Assembly (NCBI RefSeq): GCF_001194135.2
Contig: NC_068985.1
Span: 127,244,508 to 127,282,168 of the forward strand
Reading direction: 5' to 3'
Origin: Octopus bimaculoides
Taxonomy: Eukaryota
DNA length: 37,661 nt
The notes under the pieces were generated by a model. That model saw nothing but the letters and a program-made list of their open reading frames with translations. It did not search any database and had not been told where the DNA came from. The translations under genes and the position numbers were made by a program. Of this stretch, positions 12,187 through 22,759 are shown in pieces. Position 1 is the first letter of the stretch; the number at the start of each line of letters is the position of its first letter.

Positions 12187-12465
12187 ATCATCATCATCAT
12201 CATCATTGTTTAACGTCCGCTTTCCATGCTAGCATGGGTTGGACGATTTGACTGAGGACTGGTGAACCAGATGGCTACACCAGGCTCCAATTTGATTTGG
12301 CAGAGTTTCTACAGCTGGATGCCCTTCCTAACGCCAACCACTCCGAGAGTGTAGTGGGTGCTTTTATGTGCCACCGGCACGAAGGCCAGTCAGGTGGTAC
12401 TGGCAACGGCCACGCTCAAAATGGTGTATTTTACGTGCCACCTGCACAGGAGCCAGTCCAGCGGT
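12187..12465 (-). mobile_element. Young RTE-type LINE 3' UTR
   Basis: Same family as 4926-5255. Confidence 0.85.
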
Positions 12466-13699
12466 GGGAAACAAACTTGTACACAATATGTTGCCTGGTA
12501 CACTTAATATGTTGCTTACTTTAATGCGACCATATGGTACCTTGGGAGACTTTAACAGAGCCCACTGTCTTGTAAACATGCATTCCAGGTTTCCAGTTTG
12601 GGGATATCTTTCTTCCTCATCCTTTCAAGCTGAAAGACCTGTAAAGTTTCATGAGCACTGCTTCCCTCCTGAGTAAAAGATGGAAATAGAAAAAAAGTAT
12701 GCAGTAGTGATGACTCTTGTCAAGTCCCTCTATCCTAGAATAAAAAAAAACCTTCATTATAAATTGGAAGAATCTATTTATAGCTACATTGTATTGTTTT
12801 TTAGCACCAAATCATCCTTGATCAAGTAGGTCTATGATTAAGAGTGTTCTAACACCATCATGTCTTTTTGTATATCTAAAACTCTATTGACCAATGTGCC
12901 TTTTCCTTTTTATGAAAATGTGTTTGTGGTTTGAGAGAGTTTGGCCGCTATTTCTAGTAAACCAAGCGACCATAAAGGGGCTCTCTTGTTGGATTATGGT
13001 TATACTAGATAAGAAAATTTGATACAGCTATTAGAATATAGAATGAGATACTTCACAGTTTGGTGTTTCCTGTTATTGCATTCGAATTCCACTGTAGCCA
13101 ACAATTAGGGTGTACTGTTATGAGTACATTTTGTGTGGCAGGAAATCAAGATAATTTCTTGAAGAGATTCCTTGGTTCTTCTAAGCAGAATGGATATTAT
13201 ATTTAAAGCAAAGGTAGTTGTAAGAGCAATTATTCTAACAGTATGTAAGTGTTCAAATATTGAAAAACAATTATCTTATCAAGCATTGCATGAAAAACTC
13301 TGGCAGCAAAACAGTAACAAAATAGCCGAAATAAAATTACCTTATTAGATTAATCTCTCATATTATTACTAGTGTCAGACAAAATGGTTTGTCATATTTA
13401 TTCTGGTTCTTTATATTCTGTGTTCAAATCCTGCTGAGGTTAACTTTGAATTTGAACCTTCTGGGATGAATAGAATTACAGTGTATTTTATCATTAGGTT
13501 TCATGGTCTTAACTTGCCCCTTTCTCTCTATGTTGCTGGCTTTGTACCTAAATCAGAAACCATTTAAAATGGCAAGCTTGCAGAACCATTAAGAGTAACA
13601 GAAAAAGTGCTTTGTAGTATTTATTCAGGTTTTTTACATTCTGAATTCAAATTCCACATCATTCCTGGGTGGATAAAATAACTGACACTGTCAGTTATG

Positions 13700-13990
13700 G
13701 CAAAGAGTGTTCCAGTTGATCCATTCAATGGAACAGCCTGCTCAGGAAATTAATGTGCAAGTGGCCGAGCAATCTACAGACATGCATACTCTTAATGTAG
13801 TTCTCAGGGAGATTCATTGTGGCAGAATATGACAAGGCTGGCCCTTTGAAACACAAGTACTATTAATTTTTACCAGCTGAGTAGACTAGAGCAATGAGAA
13901 ATAGAGTGTCTTGCTCAAGGATACAATGTGCTGTTACGTATCAAACTCACAAGTTTACAATCATAAGCCAAATACCCTAACCACTAAGTC
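13700..13990 (-). mobile_element. Degenerate tRNA-derived SINE, related to 33715-34025
   Basis: Shares GTGTCTTGCTCAAG and the tRNA-like head with 33715-34025 and 29730-29880. Confidence 0.55.
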
Positions 13991-14625
13991 ATGTGTTTTC
14001 ACTTGAGTGAATAAAATAAAGTACCAGTCAAATACTGAGGTCAATGGTATTTGAATAAACCCATTCCCTCAAATTTGCTGGCATTGTGCCTAAATCAGAA
14101 ACCCTTATTACCATCATCGACATCATCACCATCATCATCATTATTATTATGGCCGCCATACTGTGAAGTCACAGAAATTTGGTGCTCCATAAGTTGAAAA
14201 AGTGTTTGTAATTTTTTTGGCCTTCCCATCTTTTCATTTACATTGTTACCATTATATTTCTGAGATTGTCTGGACTGCACAGATAGTATTTTTGTGTAGA
14301 AACACACCCTGTTTTACAGGGGGTTTGCTTCAATAATTTTAAAAATTTAACTGCTTTTGGCAAAAACAAATATTTTGCAATTTTCTGTAATTATTTAAAG
14401 ATGGCTGATAAAGAAGCCCTCATAATGTTCGACAAAGGAACGCACTCCTTGATGAGAAAAATTGAGAATGAAGAAAGAATTGAGAATATGAATATCGAAT
14501 GGCCTAAACTTAATGATGTCACCGAGGTGAAAAATATTTTATCTCTAAGCAACGTCAAAACTTTCGGTGTCAACAACAGCAGTAGTGATGGCAACAGCAA
14601 CAACAACAACAACAACAGCAATAAT

Positions 14626-15166
14626 CCCCTCTTACTGCGGAAAAAGAATAATTAGAGCCTGGGTGCTTGGACTACCCCCAAGTTACAAGGCCGAGTGGAT
14701 CACTGATACCATTCGGCAGGGCTTGGGGGACAGTGGACCCAGGCTCCTTAATGTGCACATGTCACCTGCAGTCAACTGGCAGGGCACCAAGGCGACATTG
14801 ACCTTGTGGTCCCCAGTGGCTGTAGGAGACATGTGCTTTCCGGATTTTTTAAAGTTGGCCGGGGCAAAGTACCCCGTTAATATTGAGGGTCGGCAACCGA
14901 GGTGCCATGAGTGCTTGGAAGCTGGCCACATCAAAAAGAACTGCCCCCAGGGCTGTAATAAGGCCCTGGAGCAGGATAAAGTGCCCGCTGCCCCCCCCCC
15001 CNNNNNNNNNNNNNNNNNNNNNNNNNNNNNNNNNNNNNNNNNNNNNNNNNNNNNNNNNNNNNNNNNNNNNNNNNNNNNNNNNNNNNNNNNNNNNNNNNNN
15101 NNNNNNNNNNNNNNNNNNNNNNNNNNNNNAGGCACCTGCCTCCATGAAAAGAAAAAAAAACAAAAA
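14626..15166 (+). mobile_element. LINE ORF1 (gag-like) fragment with CCHC zinc knuckle
   Basis: PSYCGKR...EGRQPRCHECLEAGHIKKNC, a CX2CX4HX4C motif. A-rich end at 15147-15168 and flanking 15-bp direct repeat AACAACAGCAATAAT. Interrupted by an N gap. Confidence 0.75.
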
Positions 15167-15224
15167 AACAACAGCAATAATAACAGCAACAACAATATCC
15201 TTAAAACAAGTGGGAAGAAGTCCT

Positions 15225-17345
15225 GGATTAACCTCACAAATTCCTGGCATTACACACTCTGCTATCTGGCTAATAGTGATTCTGTTGTTATTAAAATGGC
15301 AGATAAGGGAGGCACTCTCATAATTATGGACAAAAGTGAGTATATTTCGGTTTGGAAAGAAGTTTTAAGTGACAAAGCTTCATATGAAGAATTACCTGGT
15401 GATCCAAGCCCCAATTATAGAGAGGAACTTGACAAAATAATTCGGGAAATGGAAGAAAACAATTTTATTAATAAGGCCAAATTCAGGATTTTATAGTCAG
15501 AAAGAAGAACACCAGTATTTTGTGGTCTCCCCAAAATACACAAAAACACAAAACTTTCGAAAGATTTCCTCCAATGCACCCAATTTGCAGTGGATATGAA
15601 TGTTGTATAGCCAAGATTTTGGGATGGCTGGCTGACTTTCTACTACTGTCGAAAAAGATCAAGTTCTTATATTCAGGATCCTTTTGATTTTGTGTCTATA
15701 ATCAACAACTTTTTTTAAGCACCGAAGCCATGTCGATAACTGTTTTTTGATAATCGTGCATGTCTCTTCCTATATCCTAATACTGACCATGATGAAGAGG
15801 TAGAAGCATGCATAAATGCCTTCAATAAACAGTCTAACAAAAGTGTTCCATCTAATTTTCTTTGTCATTTATTGAAGTTTGTGTCACAAAGTAACACAAT
15901 GAAGTTTGAACAAAAATTTTACCACCAGATGAAGGGTTGTGCCATGGGTATCCACTAATGTCCTCATGACAAAATTCGGGACACAGTTACTGAAGACATT
16001 CAAATCCCTACATGGTCATGAACCAATACCCTGGTTATGGTTGACGACGTCTTTTTTGTCTGGGAAGGATCACAGGATATTTTAATTGACTTCTTGCGTT
16101 TCTGTGACTGTTATGCTAAAAACTATGACTTTAAATCCAACATAAAGTTTACATCTAAAAACTAGCATTGAATTTTTGAACACAAAAGTTAAGTTTTCTG
16201 GATGCAGAATAGTGACAGCGTTATTTTGCATTTATCTCCACCACCACTTCAGTCATCCACATCATATAATTCAGTCAAATCTGAAATCCCTATTTTTGAG
16301 GATAAAACGGATTTGTACTGACATCGGGGATAACTGGAAACATTCAAATGCTTTTGTACACCATTATGTCAAACATGGTTACAATGGATCACAATTAAAG
16401 GAAATAGCAAATGACATAGTTAAGATTAGCAAAGAAAGTTAAACTTTCATGCATAATTTTAGCAAGTGGAGTACAATATGTGACAGAATTCCTTAGTGAT
16501 TAACTGGCACTAAAATTTTGCTGGCATTTCAAAAGTGTTACATGAAAGTTACCAGCATGTTGCAGAAGAATATACTCGTTTCAAACAAATATTTCCTTAG
16601 CCACCTATTGTAGCCTTTAGATGAAATAAAAATATAACTGTTAACTTCTACCTCTGACTCCAAGAAAACTAACATTGAAGTTTTTGCATGCTGTACCTTG
16701 AAAAACAGTCACAAGAGAGCTAAGCCCTGTTAATTGTGTAACAACATGAGTTGAGTGAATTCCATCAGGAATCATAACACAAATGTTATGATTACATGGA
16801 AGGTGGGGACGTGTAAAGATTCTACGCAGCAGAATGCACAAAACACAACTTAATTTATGTTGGTTGTACAACAAAACAATTAAACAAGATTCAAAGGGCA
16901 CAAATATGACATCAGGCACAATAGAAGTAGTCCAACAGAACTTGCTGAACATTTTGCATCAAATAGCTGCAATCTTGAAAAAAGATTTGAAAGTGCATAT
17001 TCTCAGAAAATATTCTGAATCTGCAACACTTTCAGCCCTCAAAATGCATGAGGAGAAATATGTTTGCAGAATGAATAAAATGACAAGAGTTTCATCATAT
17101 TTATACAAAACTGTTTGATTGAATACTCTTCTTCTTTTCCTTTTTCTTTCTTTCTTTTTCTTTTTGCCTGTTGTAAACTTGAAAATTGAAGATTGATGAT
17201 GTCATTCCATCAACATAGGAATGCTGGTTGCCCTCATTCAAATTTTGGATATGAATTTCTATAATTTTGAATTTCTATGTATCACTTTTCATTTTGAACT
17301 CGACAAAGACAAGCTAGCTGTCGAAATATCATTCAACCTATAAAA
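15225..17345 (+). mobile_element. Decayed Penelope-like element (RT + Cys linker + GIY-YIG), probably Neptune-like
   Basis: VIKMADKGG (about 15290-15312), RTPVFCGLPKIHK (15506-15544), YHQMKGCAMG (15920-15949), VDDVFFVWEG (16040-16069), HPHHI thumb region, Cys-rich linker near 16690-16750, and YAAECTKHNLIYVGCTT...RFKGHKYDIRH...ELAEHF. Many stops and frameshifts. Confidence 0.9.
17293..17336 (+). ncRNA. Degenerate minimal hammerhead at the PLE 3' end
   Basis: TTGAA / ctcGACaA / A-GACA-agctagc-TGTC / GAAA-TAT-C / ATTCAA. Stem II and the palindromic AUAU stem III are kept, but the CUGANGA core is mutated. Confidence 0.5.
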
Positions 17346-17391
17346 TATCTATTGCAATTGTGTCGCACTTTTCATATTGTCTATCATTCTT

Positions 17392-17489
<98 letters not shown>

Positions 17490-17504
17490 CATCATCATCA
17501 TTAT

Positions 17505-17950
17505 CATATGTTTGACTTTTGCCTTGTAATATTTGTACAGGTTGACTTTAAGCCTCACCTAGAGTCCTCAAGAGATAACAAGCTAGAAGTTCAAGTTAGT
17601 ATTATGACTAAGGTGCTATATTTTTGGATTTCTGCAGAGTATTATTCTAAAGATTGTCTGTCAAGACATATGAAAATTAGAAGTTTGTTTTAAAAGTAAT
17701 TTGGTGATAAGATGATAGTGTGATCTTAAGATGACATGAAAAGGTGTTTGCTATTATGTACAATTAAAAGTACTTTTGACAATGTTTTTGGAATTACATA
17801 GACAATATTTTTCATAGGATATGAGCAGTTCTTGTGAACAGTATTTTTTTAATTTCTTCCAATTTTGGATTTCCTGGTATCTAAGATAGATAGCAATCAG
17901 CCCCTCTCACTATCATTCCTAGAGCACCTATGACAACAAATATTTAGTCT
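17505..17950 (-). mobile_element. R4/Dong-clade LINE 3' end (copy A)
   Basis: Minus-strand reading GALGMIVRG...IPGNPKLEEIKKIL...TAHIL.KILSM*, then a 3' UTR, ending on (ATG/TAA)n. Confidence 0.8.
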
Positions 17951-18036
17951 TGTTGTTGTTTTAGTTGCTGCTGCTGCTTTGTTGTTGTTGTCATCGTCGT
18001 CATCATCATTGTCATCACTGTCATCATCATCGTCAT

Positions 18037-18523
18037 GTCTCAGCTCCACTCTGCAGCTTAGAGACATAACACTTTCTCAATGCATGAGCTGTTCCTGGTA
18101 TTGCTGCCGTCTGAATACTTCCTAAGAAGTTTGGTATTTTCAGCTTTTGATGTCAGAATATTGCTCTTTTTGAGATGGTTCCAAGTGCATCTATTACAAT
18201 AGGTACCACACTCACTTTTGAGACTCTATGGATTCTTTTCACTTCCAATCCTAAGTCTTGGTACTTCCTGACTTTCTTGTCCTCTGTCTTAACAATATTT
18301 TGATCTGCAAGTATACCAGATTCATTCTTTGGACTCCTTCTGCAGGAGAGTGGTATCTTTGGACTCCGTTGCAACTTTTTGCCTGTATATATTGGCATAT
18401 CCCATGTGAGTCTCACTTGATCATTCTCTGAAACTGATAAAAGTTGGTGCTCATACTACCTGTTGGAACATTCTAATCCATACTTCTTGCACAAATCCCA
18501 GTGTACTGGTATAGCTACTTTGT
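18037..18523 (-). mobile_element. R4/Dong-clade LINE restriction-like endonuclease region (copy B, different subfamily)
   Basis: KVAIPVHWDLCKKYGLEC...LTWDMPIYT...DQNIVKTEDKKVRKYQDLGLEVKRI...VVPIVIDALGTISK...GTAHALRK. Confidence 0.85.
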
Positions 18524-18549
18524 TATTATTATTATTATCATCATTATTA

Positions 18550-18581
<32 letters not shown>

Positions 18582-18583
<2 letters not shown>

Positions 18584-19050
18584 GGTGGCAAGCAGGCAGA
18601 ATCATTAGCATACCGGGCAAAATGCTTAGTGACATTTCATCTGTCATTACATTCTGAGTTCAAATACTGCCAAGGGTGGTTTAGCATTTCATCTTTACGG
18701 GGTTGATGAAATAAGTACTTTTCCCTCAAAATTTCAGGGTCTGCCAAGGTCACCTTTGCCTTTCATTCTTTTAGAGTCGATAAAATAACACAGTTGAGTA
18801 CTGAGATTGATGTAATCAACTTACCCCCTCCCACGAACTTGCTGGCTTTATGCCAAAATCTAAAACCATTATTATTTTCATTAATTAAGGCAGTGAGCTG
18901 GCAGAGTCATTTCCGCCAAGGTCGACTTTACTATTCATCCTTTCAGAGTCAATAAAATAAGTACCAGTTGAGGACTGGGGTCGGTGTAATCAACTTACCT
19001 GCTTTTCCGGAATTTCTGGCCTTGTGCCAAAATTGGAAACCATTATTATT
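18582..19050 (+). mobile_element. Three tandem Meta-like SINE copies with (ATT)n tails
   Basis: Heads at 18582 and about 18887, a headless copy from about 18740, and tails AAACCATTATT. Confidence 0.75.
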
Positions 19051-19760
19051 AGTATTTGTTTTTAATCTGCATGCTTGTTACAATCACTCACCAAGACACA
19101 CCCAGCATCCTAGGGTGAGTGAAGTATGAGATGTTTACAGTATGACTGAAAGCTTGGGGAGGGCAAGTGGCAGGGGCAGTAGTGAAATGTAATACAACAC
19201 AGACATTTAAATTGATAGGGTTTCTCTAAGGATGTGGGCAGTACTTCTCAGCACAATCTTTTGGATTCCTCTGAGACATGGTTCTCCTGGGATATTATCT
19301 AGATGTTTTTGGCATCTCTTTCTTATTATACCTAGGGCACCCACAATAATAGAAACAGTTCTCACTTTAAGATTCCACATCTTTATATTTCAATTTCCAG
19401 GTCCTTATATTTACTTAATTTGTCAAATTCCTTTACAGATATATCTATATCAGTTGGAACACTTACATTTATTAGTCTACAAGTATTTTCTTCCCAGTCT
19501 TTAATGACTATGTCTGGTCGATTAGCCTGGATCATTCTGTCAGTGTTGGTTGGAAAATCTCAGAGGATAGTGACATTTTTACCTTCAACAACTGGCTCAA
19601 GATGATATTCATATCAGTAAGTAGGAATGTTGATTTTATAGTGTTTACATATTTTCCAATGTAAATACTGTTCTACCCTATCGTGGCAATTTTTGTATTC
19701 ATTTGGTGTCAGCACAGGACATCCCAAGATGAGGTGGTCTATTGTTTTGTCAAATGTATC
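19051..19760 (-). mobile_element. R4/Dong-clade LINE CCHC + endonuclease + 3' UTR (copy C)
   Basis: TIDHLILGCPVLTPNEYKNCHDRV.QYLHWKIC...DFPTNTDRMIQANRPDIVIKD...KYKDLEI...VGALG...TAHILRETLSI*. Confidence 0.9.
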
Positions 19761-19803
19761 TTATTATTATTATTATTATTATTATCATTATTGTTGTTGC
19801 TGC

Positions 19804-19843
<40 letters not shown>

Positions 19844-19847
19844 ATTT

Positions 19848-20079
19848 TATGTTTGACTTTTGTTTTGCATTTGTACAAGTTGGATCCAAGTCTCACCCAG
19901 AGACCTCAAGAGACAACAAGTTAGAAGTTCATGTAGGTGTTATGCCTAGGGTACCATATATTTGGATTTGTACAGTTTTGTTCTAGTGAATGTTTAAGAA
20001 ACCATAAGAAAATTATGTGTTTGCTTTAAAATTTGAGATCACATAGACAGTATTTTACGTAGGATATGGGCAGTTCCCA
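19848..20079 (-). mobile_element. R4/Dong-clade LINE 3' end (copy D)
   Basis: GTAHILRKILSM* with a 3' UTR homologous to copy A; truncated by the gap. Confidence 0.8.
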
Positions 20080-20733
20080 NNNNNNNNNNNNNNNNNNNNN
20101 NNNNNNNNNNNNNNNNNNNNNNNNNNNNNNNNNNNNNNNNNNNNNNNNNNNNNNNNNNNNNNNNNNNNNNNNNNNNNNNNNNNNNNNNNNNNNNNNNNNN
20201 NNNNNNNNNNNNNNNNNNNNNNNNNNNNNNNNNNNNNNNNNNNNNNNNNNNNNNNNNNNNNNNNNNNNNNNNNNNNNNNNNNNNNNNNNNNNNNNNNNNN
20301 NNNNNNNNNNNNNNNNNNNNNNNNNNNNNNNNNNNNNNNNNNNNNNNNNNNNNNNNNNNNNNNNNNNNNNNNNNNNNNNNNNNNNNNNNNNNNNNNNNNN
20401 NNNNNNNNNNNNNNNNNNNNNNNNNNNNNNNNNNNNNNNNNNNNNNNNNNNNNNNNNNNNNNNNNNNNNNNNNNNNNNNNNNNNNNNNNNNNNNNNNNNN
20501 NNNNNNNNNNNNNNNNNNNNNNNNNNNNNNNNNNNNNNNNNNNNNNNNNNNNNNNNNNNNNNNNNNNNNNNNNNNNNNNNNNNNNNNNNNNNNNNNNNNN
20601 NNNNNNNNNNNNNNNNNNNNNNNNNNNNNNNNNNNNNNNNNNNNNNNNNNNNNNNNNNNNNNNNNNNNNNNNNNNNNNNNNNNNNNNNNNNNNNNNNNNN
20701 NNNNNNNNNNNNNNNNNNNNNNNNNNNNNNNNN

Positions 20734-21065
20734 ACCCCATATTTTTGTTGAAAGGTTGGTGAATGTGGCGAGGATGGCTATGAGAATGGGCCTACTCTGA
20801 ACATTTGCTTGTAAACCAGAGGAGTCGAGAAGGAGAGGAGTGCCTGCTGAGGTGCATCTGGCAGTCAGGGTAACCAGAATATGTGGGGTTCCTCAGTTGT
20901 CCCTGTGAGGAACTCCCCGCTTTTGGGGATTTTTATTGTTTAACTGTATTGTTAATTGTTATTGTTATTTATTGTATACTCAACATTGTTCCAAACCCCA
21001 CTTGTCCTTTGTGTTGTGTTGTCCCTATTTGTTTTGCGTTCAGCCCTTGTAGTCAATAAAGAAAT
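20734..21065 (+). mobile_element. L1/Tx1-like LINE ORF2 C-terminus and 3' UTR
   Basis: FVERLVNVARMA...GPTLNICL*, then a 3' UTR ending CAATAAAGAAAT plus (CAT)n. The clade assignment is an inference. Confidence 0.55.
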
Positions 21066-21547
21066 CATCATCAACATCATCATCATCAGTAGTAGTAGTA
21101 GTAGTAGTAGTAGTAGTTTCTGCTTTTAAATGTTTCTTGCAAGTCGTTTTTCTGAGGTGTGTGCAACATTGTATTTTAGGCTTGTCGAGTAGTGTTTGTC
21201 TGTAACATCAAATTTGTTGTGTTATGGAGTCCGTGTCAGTGTTCTTGGTTTTCGTTTTAATGTTTCATTTGTTTGTTGTAAAAAAAAAAATATATATGTC
21301 TGTGTTGATTTGTATTTTTATTGGGTGCTGAGTATGTAGAATTGCAGGTTGTGTTATATTACTGGGTGTTGATTGTATTACAAATGTGCTTTGCAGGTCG
21401 TATTACAGGGTGTGATAGTTGGTTGTGACAAAAGTATAGTGTGTGAGCTGATAAATTGTGCTGCTGAACTGAACGTGCGTTACACACAATGTCTGCTGTG
21501 TGCCTAGTAGATATATATGTGTGTGTATGTATATATGCACATATATA

Positions 21548-22055
21548 TGAGGGGAAGTCACTTTCACCATAACATATCTGTATTATTCTCACACTGCTTT
21601 CTGTGTATGCTTATAGTTGGTAATATTGTGGTCACATGATCGAAGTTTGAACTTGATCATGCCATTTTTCTTCCTGGCTTTACAGTGTAAGCATGGCTAC
21701 TCCACTAGCAATGTGCCCCAAAAAAAGAACAAGGAGAAGTGATCTGAGAGATGGTCATGGTGAACCAGCTCACCTTTACTATCTCTCGAGCTTGCTGAAT
21801 CTTCTCCTCAGTGGTGGAGGTTGACGAACGTCCTGCTCCCTCTTTGTGCACCATGCTTGTCCAGCTACTTTTAAACTTCTCGATCCACTCATGCACACTT
21901 CTACGCGGTAGTGTCCTGTCCCTGTATTGTGCTAAAAGTCTCCGATGAATTTCAGCCCCTGACTCACCTTCTGACCAGAGACACCAGATCACTGCTCTCT
22001 GCTCTTCTTTGGTGCACTTTGCCAGTGGAGCGACCATGCTTACACTGTAAAGCCA
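21548..22055. mobile_element. Two mariner 5' ends facing each other
   Basis: Plus copy: TA|TGAGGGG TIR, ATG at 21693 (MATPLAMCPKKEQ). Minus copy: ATG at 22037 (MVAPLAKCTKEEQRAVI...WIEKFK...GRSSTSTT). 21675-21696 is the exact reverse complement of 22034-22055. Confidence 0.8.
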
Positions 22056-22097
22056 GAATATACATATACATATATAGATACATATACATATATCCCC

Positions 22098-22132
<35 letters not shown>

Positions 22133-22133
<1 letters not shown>

Positions 22134-22273
22134 TTATTTAAAAGCAGCAGAAATATAACAAAAGACTGTCACTCGGAGTTTCACGTTCCTGTTCATCGGA
22201 CAGTTTTGTTAGTAATGGAACGTGAAACTCCGAGTGACAGTCTTTTGTTATATTTCTGCTGCTTTTAAATAAA
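22133..22273. repeat. Perfect 57-bp inverted repeat (22133-22189 / 22217-22273) with 27-nt spacer, PLE pLTR-like
   Basis: Arms compared base by base and found identical. Each ends in AATAAA on its outward-reading strand. Confidence 0.9.
22165..22204 (-). ncRNA. Variant hammerhead-like fold
   Basis: ACTGT / CCGATGA / ACA-GGAA-CGT / GAAA / CTC-C-GAGT / G / ACAGT. It has a U4C core, one stem II mismatch and G at position 17. Confidence 0.55.
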
Positions 22274-22759
22274 GCATATTACTCTACCTCTGGTATTTGA
22301 GTACTCTTTTTTCCACCTTGTTGCNNNNNNNNNNNNNNNNNNNNNNNNNNNNNNNNNNNNNNNNNNNNNNNNNNNNNNNNNNNNNNNNNNNNNNNNNNNN
22401 NNNNNNNNNNNNNNNNNNNNNNNNNNNNNNNNNNNNNNNNNNNNNNNNNNNNNNNNNNNNNNNNNNNNNNNNNNNNNNNNNNNNNNNNNNNNNNNNNNNN
22501 NNNNNNNNNNNNNNNNNNNNNNNNNNNNNNNNNNNNNNNNNNNNNNNNNNNNNNNNNNNNNNNNNNNNNNNNNNNNNNNNNNNNNTATATATATGCATGC
22601 ACTGTTATATTTAGTGCCTATGGTTACTCCATACCATTACATTACATTTTTGTCCAGGAATTTGGATACATTGATCTTCTGCACAGTTTAAGTAGTTGAA
22701 GTAAAAGTCAAAGTATCACATAAGGTGTGACATCACTGATACTTTGTCTGTTGCTCTGA

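Noticed and set aside
11285-12251. Long ORFs rich in H/T, C/V, Y/I or X here and elsewhere in the track
   Set aside because: They are translations of (CA)n, (TA)n, (TATG)n and N-runs, not genes.
14401-14655. 84-aa ORF (MADKEAL...) as PLE N-terminus or gene start
   Set aside because: No recognisable domain, and it runs into a microsatellite; origin undetermined.
14567-15496. 309-aa ORF apparently fusing a CCHC gag domain to a Penelope RT
   Set aside because: The frame is continuous only through an N gap of estimated length. The gag part is bounded by its own direct repeats and A-rich tail, so separate insertions are more likely. Recurrence of the junction elsewhere in the genome would reopen the question.
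14626-21065. One large L1/Tx1 element (ORF1 at 14.6 kb, 3' end at 21 kb) with everything else nested inside
   Set aside because: Both pieces are on +, but no ORF2 body is visible between them and the ORF1 piece appears self-contained.
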